A stretch of DNA of 64,000 nt from positions 3,090-67,089 of the forward strand of contig DUEJ01000001.1 of assembly GCA_011192175.1 (NCBI GenBank). Reading direction: 5' to 3'. This document shows, piece after piece, positions 36,565-47,453 of this stretch. The number at the start of each line of letters is the position of its first letter. The stretch's first letter is position 1. The notes beneath the pieces are model-generated. The model searched no databases and was not told the origin of the DNA. It worked only from the letters and a program-made list of their open reading frames with translations. The DNA comes from Thermoflexia bacterium. Lineage in GTDB: Bacteria > Chloroflexota > Anaerolineae > B4-G1 > SLSP01. The translations under genes and the position numbers were made by a program.

Positions 36565-37947
36565 ATGTTACGTGATGCTCTAAAAGAGATACGCGAAGCG
36601 GCTCTGCGTGCGGTTGATCCCGCAGCAGCAGTACGCCGCCACCTCCAAATAATTGAGGGGGAATTGCACGTCGCCGGAGAGAGCTGGTCGCTGGCAGCGT
36701 TGGAACGAATTTGGCTCCTCAGTGCTGGCAAGGCCGCGGCGCCGATGGCCGCGGCGGCGGGGGAACTCTTGGAACCGTACCTCAAGGCGGGACTCGTGGT
36801 GACGAAGTACGCGCACGCCACCGGTGCCACGCTGCCGGCGCGAGTACAGGTGATCGAAGCCGGACATCCTGTCCCCGATGAGGCCGGACATCGCGGGGCC
36901 GCCGCGATGCTAGAGCTACTGGCAGAGAGCGCATCGCGCGATTTGGTACTGGTATTGCTTTCCGGTGGCGGCTCCGCCTTGCTCCCTTTGCCCGTCCCTG
37001 GCGTGACGTTGCCAGAACTACAGGCCACCACGGAGTTGCTCTTGCGCTCCGGAGCTACGATAGCCGAGCTCAACGCGGTGCGCAAGCATCTTTCGCGTCT
37101 CAAGGGCGGGCAGTTGGCGCGCGCGGCCGCTCCTGCGCCGCTGGTTGCCCTAATCCTCTCGGACGTGGTGGGCGATCCGCTAGACGTCATCGCTTCTGGG
37201 CCGACTGTGCCGGATCCCACCACATACGCCGACGCCTGGGCCGTGCTGGGACGATATGATTTGCGGTCAGAGGTCCCCGCCACAGTGAGCGCGCACTTGC
37301 GCGCTGGATTAGCGGGAGAGCGACCGGAGACTCCCAAACCAGGCGCAGCACTCTTTGAACAAGTGTATAATCAGCTCATCGGCTCCAACCGGCAGGCCGC
37401 GCTGGCGGCGGTGGAGACGGCGCGCCGATTAGGTTACCCCACGCTCTTGCTGACGACGTTCATGGAGGGCGAGGCGCGCGAAGTGGCGCGAGTAGCTGCT
37501 GCGCTGGCTAAGGGCCTCCGGCGGCACGGCGACCCGCTCAAGCCGCCAGCCTGCTTGGTCTGGGGCGGCGAGACGACAGTGACGGTCCGCGGTGCGGGTA
37601 AAGGTGGCCGTAACCAGGAGCTGGCGCTGGCAGCGGCGCAAGCGCTGGCTGGCTGGGAAGAGATTGCCATCATGGCTCTGGCCACGGACGGCACCGATGG
37701 CCCCACTGACGCGGCCGGCGCGGTGATAGATGGTTCCACGGTGCGGCGCGCGCGTGAATTGGGGTTGAAACCGCAAGCCGCGCTGGATCAAAATGACGCT
37801 TATCCGCTGTTGGCGGCCACCGGCGACCTGCTCCGCCTGGGACCGACGGGCACCAATGTCAATGATCTGCTGGTCATCCTGGTAGGGCCGGAAACTCCAA
37901 CCGCTAAGTCTGCTGAAAGAAACCAGAATTTCACCATCGAGGCGTAA
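36565..37947 (+). CDS. Glycerate 2-kinase (MOFRL/TtuD family)
   Basis: GKAA, AGHPVPD, LSGGGSAL, SDVVGD, GGETTV, GGRNQE, TGTNVND. Confidence 0.92.
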   Translation: MLRDALKEIREAALRAVDPAAAVRRHLQIIEGELHVAGESWSLAALERIWLLSAGKAAAPMAAAAGELLEPYLKAGLVVTKYAHATGATLPARVQVIEAGHPVPDEAGHRGAAAMLELLAESASRDLVLVLLSGGGSALLPLPVPGVTLPELQATTELLLRSGATIAELNAVRKHLSRLKGGQLARAAAPAPLVALILSDVVGDPLDVIASGPTVPDPTTYADAWAVLGRYDLRSEVPATVSAHLRAGLAGERPETPKPGAALFEQVYNQLIGSNRQAALAAVETARRLGYPTLLLTTFMEGEAREVARVAAALAKGLRRHGDPLKPPACLVWGGETTVTVRGAGKGGRNQELALAAAQALAGWEEIAIMALATDGTDGPTDAAGAVIDGSTVRRARELGLKPQAALDQNDAYPLLAATGDLLRLGPTGTNVNDLLVILVGPETPTAKSAERNQNFTIEA

Positions 37948-38121
37948 TAATTTTCAACTCAAGCCCCAGAAATTTATTTTCTCAGGGTTCTCTGTCCCTC
38001 AGGGGGGAGCTAGCTCTTTCTTCAGCCGGTAGCCCTGTCAAGAATGTCTTGTTTTTTTGACTGGCTGCGGTAGCCTAGCGGGGTTATTTGCTAACAATTT
38101 GTTGTAAGGGGAAAGAATCAA

Positions 38122-41100
38122 ATGGAAAATACTAAAGTAGCTGCGTTGGCCTCCAAACTTAGTCTTTTTTGCGATAGTGCGCTAGAAGCCGGGTGGCTGA
38201 TCGGAATTATCATTACCCCGGTCTTTTTTAACGTCTATTCGAGCCGCGTCTTTGAGCCAGATAAATTGACCTCACTCCGCTCATTGGCGGTGGTCATGGC
38301 CGTTCTCTGGTTGGTCCGTTTCTTGGAAGAGATCCTACAGAAACAGTCACCGCTCCGTTTCTCCTGGCGCACGCCACTGGTGCTCCCCGCACTCTTGACG
38401 ATGGTGCTCTACATTGGCAGTTCAATCTTCTCTTTAGTGCCCTACACGAGCTTCGTCGGTTCCTACCAGCGATTACAAGGCACGTTCACCCTCTGCGGCT
38501 ATCTGGTGATCTTCTTCGCCATCCTGACCAGTTTGCGGACCCGCGCCCAGTTAAGCCGGTTATTTACGACGCTGATCTTGAGCAGCTTGCCCGTCGCGCT
38601 TTACGGCATCGTCCAACATAATGGCTTGGACCCGTTGCCCTGGGCCGGAGATGTGCAAACTCGCGTGGCCTCCAATATGGGAAACGCTATCTTTGTGGCC
38701 GCTTATCTGATTATGATTGTGCCACTAACCGCCATGCGGATTGTGGAGAGCTTCCGCGATATTATGGCCCGCGAAAAAGCGCGCATCAGCGATATTTTGC
38801 GCGCCTCCAACTACATCTTCATCTTGGCGGTGCAATTGCTCACCATCTGGTACTCACGTAGCCGTGGCCCCTGGCTGGGCATTATCACGGCGGGTTTTAT
38901 CTTCCCTTACTTGATGTTTATCTTACTTCAACGACAAGCGGTAGCAGAAACTGCGGGACAAGGTTCTTGGTTGCAAGACGTCTCTCGCGGCGTGGGGCTA
39001 GGGGTGGGATCGCTGGCCGTATCCGGGCTGCTACTGGGGTTGGGTTGGTTGGCGCTGCCCGGAGAGCTGGGATTGTACGTAGGCGGCGGTTTGGCAGCGT
39101 TGGCTTTCGGCGGCATCTGGCTCTATTTTGTAGTGGAACGCAAGGGTTGGCGTTGGCTCTGGATTGGCTGGTTCACGTTGGGGTTGGTCGCGTCACTGGG
39201 ATTGTTAGCCATCAACGTGCCGGGGCCGCTGCATGAACGCGCGCGGAAGATAAGCTCGGTGAGCCGGATGTCGCGCCTCTTCGAGTGGAATAAGAGTACC
39301 GGCAAAGTGCGCGTATTGATCTGGGAAGGGGCGTTGGATATGATTTCGTTGCATGAGCCAATCGCTTTTCCAGATGGCGGCGAGGATTCCGCCAACTTCT
39401 TACGCCCGCTGCTAGGTTATGGCCCCGAATCAATGTACGTGGGCTACAATAGCTTCTACCCGCCGCTGCTAGGACATTACGAATCGCGCACCGCGTCCCC
39501 AGATCGTTCCCACAATGAGACGTTGGATTCGCTGGTGATTACCGGCTTGTTAGGCCTGGGTATTTATCTCCTGACCTTTGGCGCGGTATTCTACTGGGGT
39601 TTCCGGTGGCTGGGTTTACTCACCACCCGTCGCCAGTTGTGGCTTTACGTGGGGTTAATGGCAACCACCGCTAGCGCGCTCATCAGCATTTTCATAAATA
39701 TAGGGCATCTTTATTTTTTTGCGGTGGCGATCCCCTTGGGTTTCATCACCGGCATAGCTCTCTATCTAACCTGGCAAGCCGGACGGCTCACCTGGCGCGG
39801 CGCGGAGGCATTGCCCGTAGATTGGCGGCCACATCCGCATGCGCTGCTCCTGGTAGCGATCTTGGCGGCAATCTCAGGACATTTTATTGAGATCAACTTC
39901 GGTATCTCCATCGCCGCGACACGGACGATATTTTGGGCTTTGGCGGGAATGTTGGTGGTGTTGGGTTTACGCTGGCTCCCTGACGAGGAAGCCGCCCGCG
40001 CTTCGCGGGCGGCTCAGAGTCGCAAACAGCGCCGTCCCCAGCAGGCTCCCCATGCGTGGCTCTGGCCTGTTTTGATACTTAGCTTGGTGGCCGTATTCTT
40101 GTTAGGTACATTAGCCTACGACTTCATCACCAATCCCGACCGCTCGACGGATGGCGGACAGGTTTTCTGGCGCTCTCTGACGACGATTTACACGCAAGGG
40201 CGCACTTCCTACGGGGCCCTGATGATCTTCGCTTTCACGGGCGTCCTCTTTGGCGTGGTGGGATTATGCGAGCTGGATCGAGAGGGCGTATTCGCGGAAG
40301 AACGAAACAAGCGTGGGGGGCTGGCGGTGCTTATCTACAGCGGCGTCACGTTGACTGGATTATTACTCTTCGGCAGTAATATCGCTAGCTTCCACGCCCG
40401 TTTGCCTCAAATCCAGGTGCAGACGATTGAGGATGTGGTACAGGTAGCGATGACTTTAGCCAGCGTGTTGGGGCGTTACTACCTGCTGATCTTCGGGCTG
40501 CTCATAGGCATAGGCTTGCTCCGGATGCAGGAATCTGCTCTGCCTCGGCGGTGGGCTGAACCGGTCAGCTTACTGGTCTTGCCGGTGCTCCTCCTCTTCG
40601 GTATCATCCTAATCCGCAGTTATAGCTATGATCTGATCCGCGCAGATATCGTCTTTAAGCAAGGGAGTTCTTTCGCCAACCAACGAGACGCGACCCAGAA
40701 GCAAATTGGGATTGCGCATTACGACCGGGCGATTGAACTGGCCCCGCATGAGGATTATTATCGGCTCTTCCAGGGGAAAGCGCATCTTGAATTAGCCCAA
40801 TCGTTGCCCCCGGATGCGGACACAGCTCAGCGCGCGGCAGTTCTCAAGCAAACAGAGACGGTACTCCTGGAGGCGCGGGGAATTAACCCTTTAAACACGG
40901 ATCATAGCGCGAATCTGGCGCGGTTCTACCGGAGTTGGGGCGCGAGCTTGGTGGAAGCTACTCAGCGGGAGGAACTGCTAGAGAAAGCGAGAGCGAATTA
41001 CCATCAGGCGTTGACGCTCAGCCCTCACAATCCGATTCTCTGGAACGAACTGGCTATTCTGAATGCGTTTGAGCTGCATGATCAAGTAGCTTTTACTGAG

Positions 41101-41529
41101 GCAATCTCCCAATCATTGGAGATTGATGCGGAATTTGAGCAGACCTGGATGACGTTGGGCGATGTGCGCTTGAATATCGATAAAGATATGGAAGGGGCGA
41201 TGGCCGCCTACCAGCAAGCATTAGAGATCCAACCGCAGAATTGCACCGTCCGGCATACGCTAGGCTCCTTGCAAGTACAGCAAAGTTTGTGGACCGCGGT
41301 CGAGGAGACGCTAATCCCGTCTGACGAGTATTGCGCTAAGAGTTCCAAATTGTGGGATATGTATCGCTTGCTGGCCATCTCCTATTATTACCAGGAACGA
41401 CCAGGGGAGGCGTTGCAGCTGGCCCAGCAAGCCTTACCGCTGGCGCCAGAGGATCAGCAGGCCGTTGTGGAACAGTTGATTGCGGCTATCCAGCAACCCG
41501 TCCAGGCGCCGCCAGAATCGGAACCGTGA
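38122..41529 (+). CDS. O-antigen ligase-like (Wzy_C) polytopic membrane protein with C-terminal TPRs
   Basis: SNMGNAIF, SRGPWLG, RPLLGYGPE, DRSHNE; many TM helices; TPR-like C-terminus. Confidence 0.8.
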   Translation: MENTKVAALASKLSLFCDSALEAGWLIGIIITPVFFNVYSSRVFEPDKLTSLRSLAVVMAVLWLVRFLEEILQKQSPLRFSWRTPLVLPALLTMVLYIGSSIFSLVPYTSFVGSYQRLQGTFTLCGYLVIFFAILTSLRTRAQLSRLFTTLILSSLPVALYGIVQHNGLDPLPWAGDVQTRVASNMGNAIFVAAYLIMIVPLTAMRIVESFRDIMAREKARISDILRASNYIFILAVQLLTIWYSRSRGPWLGIITAGFIFPYLMFILLQRQAVAETAGQGSWLQDVSRGVGLGVGSLAVSGLLLGLGWLALPGELGLYVGGGLAALAFGGIWLYFVVERKGWRWLWIGWFTLGLVASLGLLAINVPGPLHERARKISSVSRMSRLFEWNKSTGKVRVLIWEGALDMISLHEPIAFPDGGEDSANFLRPLLGYGPESMYVGYNSFYPPLLGHYESRTASPDRSHNETLDSLVITGLLGLGIYLLTFGAVFYWGFRWLGLLTTRRQLWLYVGLMATTASALISIFINIGHLYFFAVAIPLGFITGIALYLTWQAGRLTWRGAEALPVDWRPHPHALLLVAILAAISGHFIEINFGISIAATRTIFWALAGMLVVLGLRWLPDEEAARASRAAQSRKQRRPQQAPHAWLWPVLILSLVAVFLLGTLAYDFITNPDRSTDGGQVFWRSLTTIYTQGRTSYGALMIFAFTGVLFGVVGLCELDREGVFAEERNKRGGLAVLIYSGVTLTGLLLFGSNIASFHARLPQIQVQTIEDVVQVAMTLASVLGRYYLLIFGLLIGIGLLRMQESALPRRWAEPVSLLVLPVLLLFGIILIRSYSYDLIRADIVFKQGSSFANQRDATQKQIGIAHYDRAIELAPHEDYYRLFQGKAHLELAQSLPPDADTAQRAAVLKQTETVLLEARGINPLNTDHSANLARFYRSWGASLVEATQREELLEKARANYHQALTLSPHNPILWNELAILNAFELHDQVAFTEAISQSLEIDAEFEQTWMTLGDVRLNIDKDMEGAMAAYQQALEIQPQNCTVRHTLGSLQVQQSLWTAVEETLIPSDEYCAKSSKLWDMYRLLAISYYYQERPGEALQLAQQALPLAPEDQQAVVEQLIAAIQQPVQAPPESEP

Positions 41530-41536
41530 GGCAGAG

Positions 41537-42562
41537 ATGGATATTAGTGTTTACCTAATTGTCTTTGCCGGCGTCTTGTTTTTAGCCGTGGTGGGGACGC
41601 CGCTGGCGCGTAAATTGGGGTTGCGGCTGAATGTGGTGGATCAACCCGATCCGAGCCGCAAAGTGCATACCGTGCCTACCCCGCGCATGGGGGGAGTAGC
41701 GATCTTCCTTAGCATCCTGCTCGCCACCCTCTTGCTAGGCGGTCGCTACAAATCCGACCAGTTGACGAGCGTGTTAGTCGGAGCTTCTTTTATCTCCCTG
41801 CTGGGTTTCTGGGATGATCGTTACTCACTCTCCCCCTGGCTCAAGTTAGCCGGGCAATTTTTAGCAGCGGGGCTCTTGGTATTGACCGGCGTCACTATTT
41901 ACACCTTCCATCTGCCCCTCTTGGATTACGCAGCCACCATTTTCTGGGTGGTGTGGATTACCAACTCTCTCAATCTGCTAGACAATATGGATGGACTATC
42001 TGGCGGGATTGCGGCCATCGCCGCGGGACATTTCGCGTTGATGTGTACCTTCACCGGCCAATATCTGGTCGGCGCGCTGGCCGTCGCTGTGATGGCCGCT
42101 TGCCTCGGCTTCTTGGTTTACAACTGGAACCCGGCCATGATCTTTATGGGAGATTCCGGCAGCCTCTTCCTCGGGTTTACACTGGCGGCCATCGGTATCA
42201 AGATGCGCTTCCCAGAAAATGTCTCTTTTGTGACTTGGATGATTCCGTTATTGGTGCTGGGCGTGCCGATTTTTGATACCTCTCTGGTAATCATCTCCCG
42301 GCTCCGGCGCGGCTTGAACCCGCTGACGACGCCGGGCAGAGACCATTCCTCCCACCGGCTCACTTACGCCGGGCTGACGCGCCGCGAAGCGGTACTGGTG
42401 CTCTATATCACCGCTTTCTCATTGGGCTTGGTAGCCCTTTTCATCACCGAGGCCTCCATATTGCAAAGTTACGTGATGGGCAGCGGCATAGCGCTCTGCG
42501 CACTCTACGCCCTCTGGCGCATGGAACGCGCCCCCTTCGCCCCGCCGCCAGAGAAAGAGTAA
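41537..42562 (+). CDS. MraY/WecA/TagO family polyprenyl-phosphate HexNAc-1-phosphate transferase
   Basis: TPRMGG, GFWDD, NLLDNMDGL, IFMGDSG, DHSSH; ATG 41537. Confidence 0.9.
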   Translation: MDISVYLIVFAGVLFLAVVGTPLARKLGLRLNVVDQPDPSRKVHTVPTPRMGGVAIFLSILLATLLLGGRYKSDQLTSVLVGASFISLLGFWDDRYSLSPWLKLAGQFLAAGLLVLTGVTIYTFHLPLLDYAATIFWVVWITNSLNLLDNMDGLSGGIAAIAAGHFALMCTFTGQYLVGALAVAVMAACLGFLVYNWNPAMIFMGDSGSLFLGFTLAAIGIKMRFPENVSFVTWMIPLLVLGVPIFDTSLVIISRLRRGLNPLTTPGRDHSSHRLTYAGLTRREAVLVLYITAFSLGLVALFITEASILQSYVMGSGIALCALYALWRMERAPFAPPPEKE

Positions 42563-42640
42563 TCTCCCCGGAGCACTACCCAATTTTGGCAAAGATTCCG
42601 GTGTGGTATACTACGTCTCGTTCTATTTTACATAATCCAG

Positions 42641-42741
42641 GTATCATCTCAAAAAATTAGGGCCGGTTGTATCCCGGATTGTCAATCCGGCGGGCGGAAT
42701 ACCATTCCGCGCTACAAGCCCCCGAAATATTGAGATGATAC
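42641..42741. mobile_element. 101-bp MITE with 12-bp TIRs and 8-bp target-site duplication
   Basis: gtatcatctcaa...ttgagatgatac, with taatccag at both 42633-42640 and 42742-42749. Confidence 0.85.
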
Positions 42742-42788
42742 TAATCCAGCGTAAAATTATTATTAGTTGAAACAAAGGAGCAGCTGTA

Positions 42789-44072
42789 ATGAATAAAACC
42801 AAGTGGGTGTTAATTAGTATCCTGATAGTATTTTCTCTTTTATTGGCCGCTTGCGATGCACCCGGGACACCTGAACCCACCGCAACCACCATCCCAGAGC
42901 CTACGGCGAAGAGTGCCGCCACTGAAGATACGCAATCACCAGAAGAAACCAGCGTAGCGAGTGAACCTACCGGGCCGGTAGAAATCATGGCTCCCGCAGA
43001 GCCGGGAGTTTGCGAAAATCAGCCGATGCCCCAACTGCCGGTACGTCCCGTTGATGAGAACGATTGGCTAAAGGGGGCCTCTGGGGATGATGTAGAGCTC
43101 ACGATTATTGAATACTCCGATTTTGAGTGCCCCGGTTGCAGTGGCACCGCACCGATGTTAGCGCAATTCTTAGCCGATCATCCGACTGCGCAGCTAACCT
43201 ATCGTCACTTCACGCTCTCCTTCCATGAGAAGGCGATATTAACCGCCGAAGCCAGCGAAGCTGCCGGGGCGCAGGGTAAATTCTGGGAGATGCACGATCT
43301 AATCTTCGCGAATCGCGCTGAATGGCAACCACTTTCCGAGGAAGAAGCGCGCGCGAAGATGAGTGCTTACGCTGAAGAATTGGATTTGGATTTGAAGCAG
43401 TTTGATAGTGCTCTAGATGACGGCATCTATCTGGCCGCCATAGAGGCCGAGACGGAAGAATCGCAAGAGTTGGGATTGCCGGGGACCCCCTCACTGATCC
43501 TCAATGGATACCTCTATCCCACCGACCAGTTGGGACTCTCTCTGCAAGGTTTGGAGGCCTTCCTGGATATTCTCTCCCTGGCGGATAAACAATACGCGGC
43601 AGCGCCGGAGATCACCCTGGACGTTGAGAAGAACTACGTAGCCACGGTCAACACCACCCAGGGCGCTATTACCTTTGATCTCTTCACCGAATCCGCCCCT
43701 ACCAACATTAACAATTTTATCTTCCTGGCCAATGAAGGTTGGTATGAGGATACCGATTATTTCTTTGTGCAGGATAATTTCGTGGCGCTAACCGGCGATC
43801 CCACCAACAGCGGCATGGGTTATCCTGGTTACTACTGTACCGGCGAAACGCAAGGGATCTTTGACCGCAGCGGATTAGTGGGCATGTTACCCAACGGGCA
43901 GTTTTTCATCACCAAGGGACCTGAAGCCGCAAGTCTCAACAGTAAGTTCGCGCTGATTGGACAGGTAACAGCCGGTTTGGACGTATTGGATAAATTAGCC
44001 AGCACGCAACCGGGCGCTGCTGCTGGTGTGGAACTAGATCAGGTAAAGAGCGTTACGATCGTAGAAGAATAA
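42789..44072 (+). CDS. Lipoprotein: DsbA-like thioredoxin domain plus cyclophilin-like domain
   Basis: Lipobox LAAC; EYSDFECPGC, QGKFWEMHD, GTPS; cyclophilin-like APTNINNFIFLA, GDPT...G.GYPGY. Confidence 0.85.
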   Translation: MNKTKWVLISILIVFSLLLAACDAPGTPEPTATTIPEPTAKSAATEDTQSPEETSVASEPTGPVEIMAPAEPGVCENQPMPQLPVRPVDENDWLKGASGDDVELTIIEYSDFECPGCSGTAPMLAQFLADHPTAQLTYRHFTLSFHEKAILTAEASEAAGAQGKFWEMHDLIFANRAEWQPLSEEEARAKMSAYAEELDLDLKQFDSALDDGIYLAAIEAETEESQELGLPGTPSLILNGYLYPTDQLGLSLQGLEAFLDILSLADKQYAAAPEITLDVEKNYVATVNTTQGAITFDLFTESAPTNINNFIFLANEGWYEDTDYFFVQDNFVALTGDPTNSGMGYPGYYCTGETQGIFDRSGLVGMLPNGQFFITKGPEAASLNSKFALIGQVTAGLDVLDKLASTQPGAAAGVELDQVKSVTIVEE

Positions 44073-44237
44073 GTAGCTGCAATCTACTGGAGGGGGTGGC
44101 GGTTGGCTCGCTAGCCCCTCTTTTGCTTATCAGAGAGAATGCCTAAAGGCATAGGGGCAAAAGTAGCAGCTTACACAGAGTTGCGCCGAGTACACAGCGA
44201 GAAACACTGAGAAAAACGTCAAAATAAGGAATGCTTT

Positions 44238-45428
44238 ATGCGAAAATCTAAGGTGACTTGGGGATTAGTAAGCGCGGTCATAGCCGGGATTGCGCTTTTG
44301 AGCGGATTAGGCGGCTTACTTATCTCGATTTTCTTGCCGCGTCTCGTAGGCCCCGAGCAAGCTGTTTTAGCTAGCCTAGTCGCTGTCAGCAGCCTGTTGG
44401 CCGGCACCCTGGCTGCTTTCTGGTTGGTGATCGGCCTGCGCGCTTGGCGAAAAGAACCAGGGTTAGCCTTTCCCGTCAATCCGCGCAGCTGGGGGATTTT
44501 GCTGGGATTGTGGCTTCTGCTGGCTACGCTAGGGTTGTTGCTGCCAGCCCGGCTACATCTCACCATGCCCTTCGCCCTGATCCATTTCGCGATGATCTTA
44601 CTCCCGGCGCTGCTGTTTTTGATCTTCGCCGGGTTGGCAGCGGGACGCGACTCGCTGCCAACCTTCACTCAACTCGTGACCGCGCTGAGTGGAGGAGTTG
44701 CGGCTACCTTACCCGCGTTTCTCCTGGAAATGATCGGGTTGTTGCTAGTGGTGGTATTCGTGGGTAGTGTGGCGACGCTCTTCCCCGGCGGGCAAGCCGA
44801 ACTGGCGAAACTTCAGTCATTCTTACAACGTTGGGTTCAGCCCCCAGCCGCTCCGCTCCTGGAAAGCGAATTGTTGGCGTTCCTCAGCTCGCCGCTCATT
44901 TTGGTCATGTTGCTGCTCATACTGACGCTTATCACTCCGCTGATTGAGGAATTTGCCAAAGTTTGGCTGGTAGTAGTGCTTAGCTGGCGCCGCCAACTGC
45001 GCATCACAGAGGCATTTCTGTTGGGAGCAGCTAGCGGCCTCGGCTTCGCGATCCTGGAAGGCGCGCTCAATAGCCTCATGGGGTTGGGAGAGCGCTGGGA
45101 GTGGGCGGCTGGCGTGGGCATGCGCCTGCCCGCCACCGCGATGCACGCGCTCTCCAGCGGCCTGATTGGCTTGGGTTGGGGCTATTTCTGGCAGCGCCGG
45201 CGCCGCTGGTTGCTCCCCCTGACCTACTTGAGCGCGTTGCTTATCCACGGTCTCTGGAACTTCAGCACCGTGGGATTGGTTGCCTCTTCCGCCTGGCTGA
45301 CTCAAGGAACTCTGGTCCTGCCCGGCAGCCTCATCTCCCTCTTCAGCGGAGGACTGTTGCTCCTGTTGATCATCCTCGCCCCGCTGGGCCTCTTTGGGAT
45401 ACCGCTCTGGTTGCGAAAGCGGAGCTAA
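44238..45428 (+). CDS. PrsW family intramembrane metalloprotease
   Basis: PLIEEFAK, GLGFAILE, MHA, HGLWN. Confidence 0.85.
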   Translation: MRKSKVTWGLVSAVIAGIALLSGLGGLLISIFLPRLVGPEQAVLASLVAVSSLLAGTLAAFWLVIGLRAWRKEPGLAFPVNPRSWGILLGLWLLLATLGLLLPARLHLTMPFALIHFAMILLPALLFLIFAGLAAGRDSLPTFTQLVTALSGGVAATLPAFLLEMIGLLLVVVFVGSVATLFPGGQAELAKLQSFLQRWVQPPAAPLLESELLAFLSSPLILVMLLLILTLITPLIEEFAKVWLVVVLSWRRQLRITEAFLLGAASGLGFAILEGALNSLMGLGERWEWAAGVGMRLPATAMHALSSGLIGLGWGYFWQRRRRWLLPLTYLSALLIHGLWNFSTVGLVASSAWLTQGTLVLPGSLISLFSGGLLLLLIILAPLGLFGIPLWLRKRS

Positions 45429-45431
45429 CAA

Positions 45432-45469
45432 CACAGCCCCACAGGTTTTTGGGAACCTGTGGGGCTGTG
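45432..45469. terminator. 16-bp-stem hairpin between convergent prsW and gyrB
   Basis: cacagccccacaggtt-tttggg-aacctgtggggctgtg. Confidence 0.65.
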
Positions 45470-45486
45470 AGTAGTAGACGGGCCCC

Positions 45487-47415
45487 TTACACGTCCAAGT
45501 TCTGCACCTCGTGGGCGTGACTCTGGATGAAGCGGCGTCTGGGCGGCACATCCTTGCCCATCAACATGCTAAAAGTGTTGTCCGCAATCACCGCATCCAT
45601 AATTGTAACACGCAACAATGTGCGATTATGGGGATCCATGGTAGTATCCCAGAGCTGCTCCGGGTTCATCTCCCCTAAGCCCTTGTAACGTTGCAGATCA
45701 TATTTGGCCCCGTCCAATTCTTTGATGTGGCGCTGTAACGCTTGCTCAGTGTAGACGTAGTCGGCTTTACGCCCCGCCTTGACCAGATAGAGCGGCGGTT
45801 GCGCCAAATAGAGGTGCCCGTCCGTGATCAACGGTTGCATATAGCGGAAGAAGAAGGTGAGCAAGAGAGTGGCGATATGCGCGCCGTCCACATCCGCATC
45901 GCACATGATGATAACGCGATTATAGCGCAAGTTCTCCAGCTCAAACTGCTCCCCCATCCCACAACCGATTGCCGAGATAAGGGCTTTGACCTCTTTGTTG
46001 TTGAGAATGCGGTTGATGCTGGCTCTCTCCGTATTGAGAATCTTACCGCGCAGCGGCAGAATCGCCTGGAAATGCCGGTCGCGGCCTTGTTTGGCCGAAC
46101 CGCCAGCAGAATCGCCCTCGACGATGAAGATCTCCGTCTCCTGCGGGTCACGGCTGGAACAATCGGCCAGCTTACCCGGCAATGTCATGCTCTCCAACAC
46201 GCTCTTGCGGATCACCAGGTCGCGGGCTTTGCGGGCCGCCCGGCGGGCCTGGAAAGAAATTAGACATTTCTGGCCGATACGGCGCGCCGCGCGGGAATGT
46301 TTTTCCAGAAATTCGGCCAGCTCCTCATTGAGCGCACTCTCCACCAACCCTTTGACCTCGGTATTCATCAACTTCACCTTGGTCTGGCTCTCGAATTGTG
46401 GTTCGGGGATTTTGACGCTAATAATGGCAGTGACTCCCTCTCGCACCAGGTCGCCGCTCAAGTTAGGGTCATTATCTTTGAGCAGGTTAGTGTCGTGCAT
46501 ATAACCGTTGATGGTCCGGGTGAGTGCCGACCGGAAGCCGGTCAAGTGCGTGCCGCCGTCTATCGTGTTGATGGTGTTGGCGAAAGCCATCACCGTCTCA
46601 CGGTAACTATCGGTGTATTGGAGCGCCACCTCAATATAAATGCCATCCAATTCTTTCTCCACGTAGATTAGATCGTGGATGGTCTCGTGGTGGCGGTTAA
46701 GGTAATGGACAAAAGCTCGAATACCGCCTTCAAAGTAGAAGCTCATGCGGCGCGGGAATGGTTGTTGACGTTGGTCTATTAGCTCTATTGTCACGTCCCG
46801 GGTGACAAAAGCCATCTCTCGGAACCGCTGTTCCAACGTAACAAAATTGAACTGCACATCATCAAAGATGGTGGCGTCGAACTTGAAAACCACGGTTGTG
46901 CCGGTCTCGGCGGGTGGCTCTGGGTTGATCGGCCTTACTTCTGTACAGGGGATCCCCCGCTCGTAACGTTGCCGGTAGACGCCGTCTGGACGGCGCACCG
47001 TCACTTCCATCCACTCAGAGAGCGCATTGACGGCTGAGACGCCGACGCCGTGTAACCCGCCGGAGACTTTATAGCCGCCGCCGCCAAATTTACCGCCGGC
47101 GTGGAGCGTGGTGAGCACCAACTGGAGCGCCGAGATTTTCTTTTCCGGGTGTTCACCTACGGGGATACCCCGTCCGTTATCCCAGACGGTGACGGTGCTA
47201 TCTTCGTGAATCGTCACTTTGATATAGTCACAAACTCCGGCCAATGCCTCGTCGACGGAATTGTCCACTACCTCGTAAACCAGATGATGCAAGGCGTGTA
47301 CATCGGTACCGCCAACGTACATGCCTGGGCGCCGGCGGACTGCTTCCAACCCTTCCAACACTTGGATGGTAGAAGCATCATATTTGAGTTCTTCTTGTTT
47401 CAGATTGTCAACCAT
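45487..47415 (-). CDS. gyrB: DNA gyrase subunit B (type II topoisomerase B subunit)
   Basis: [46 protein letters not shown]. ParE is not strictly excluded. Confidence 0.88.
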   Translation of the reverse strand: MVDNLKQEELKYDASTIQVLEGLEAVRRRPGMYVGGTDVHALHHLVYEVVDNSVDEALAGVCDYIKVTIHEDSTVTVWDNGRGIPVGEHPEKKISALQLVLTTLHAGGKFGGGGYKVSGGLHGVGVSAVNALSEWMEVTVRRPDGVYRQRYERGIPCTEVRPINPEPPAETGTTVVFKFDATIFDDVQFNFVTLEQRFREMAFVTRDVTIELIDQRQQPFPRRMSFYFEGGIRAFVHYLNRHHETIHDLIYVEKELDGIYIEVALQYTDSYRETVMAFANTINTIDGGTHLTGFRSALTRTINGYMHDTNLLKDNDPNLSGDLVREGVTAIISVKIPEPQFESQTKVKLMNTEVKGLVESALNEELAEFLEKHSRAARRIGQKCLISFQARRAARKARDLVIRKSVLESMTLPGKLADCSSRDPQETEIFIVEGDSAGGSAKQGRDRHFQAILPLRGKILNTERASINRILNNKEVKALISAIGCGMGEQFELENLRYNRVIIMCDADVDGAHIATLLLTFFFRYMQPLITDGHLYLAQPPLYLVKAGRKADYVYTEQALQRHIKELDGAKYDLQRYKGLGEMNPEQLWDTTMDPHNRTLLRVTIMDAVIADNTFSMLMGKDVPPRRRFIQSHAHEVQNLDV

Positions 47416-47453
47416 GGCACCTCACTAAATAATGTGCGCTCCGTATAGCGTTA

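Noticed and set aside
36408..37337. 309-aa antisense ORF and similar shadow ORFs (374-907, 8414-9124, 27752-28330, 44823-45551)
   Set aside because: They overlap well-supported genes, show no recognisable motifs, and are expected in GC-rich coding DNA.
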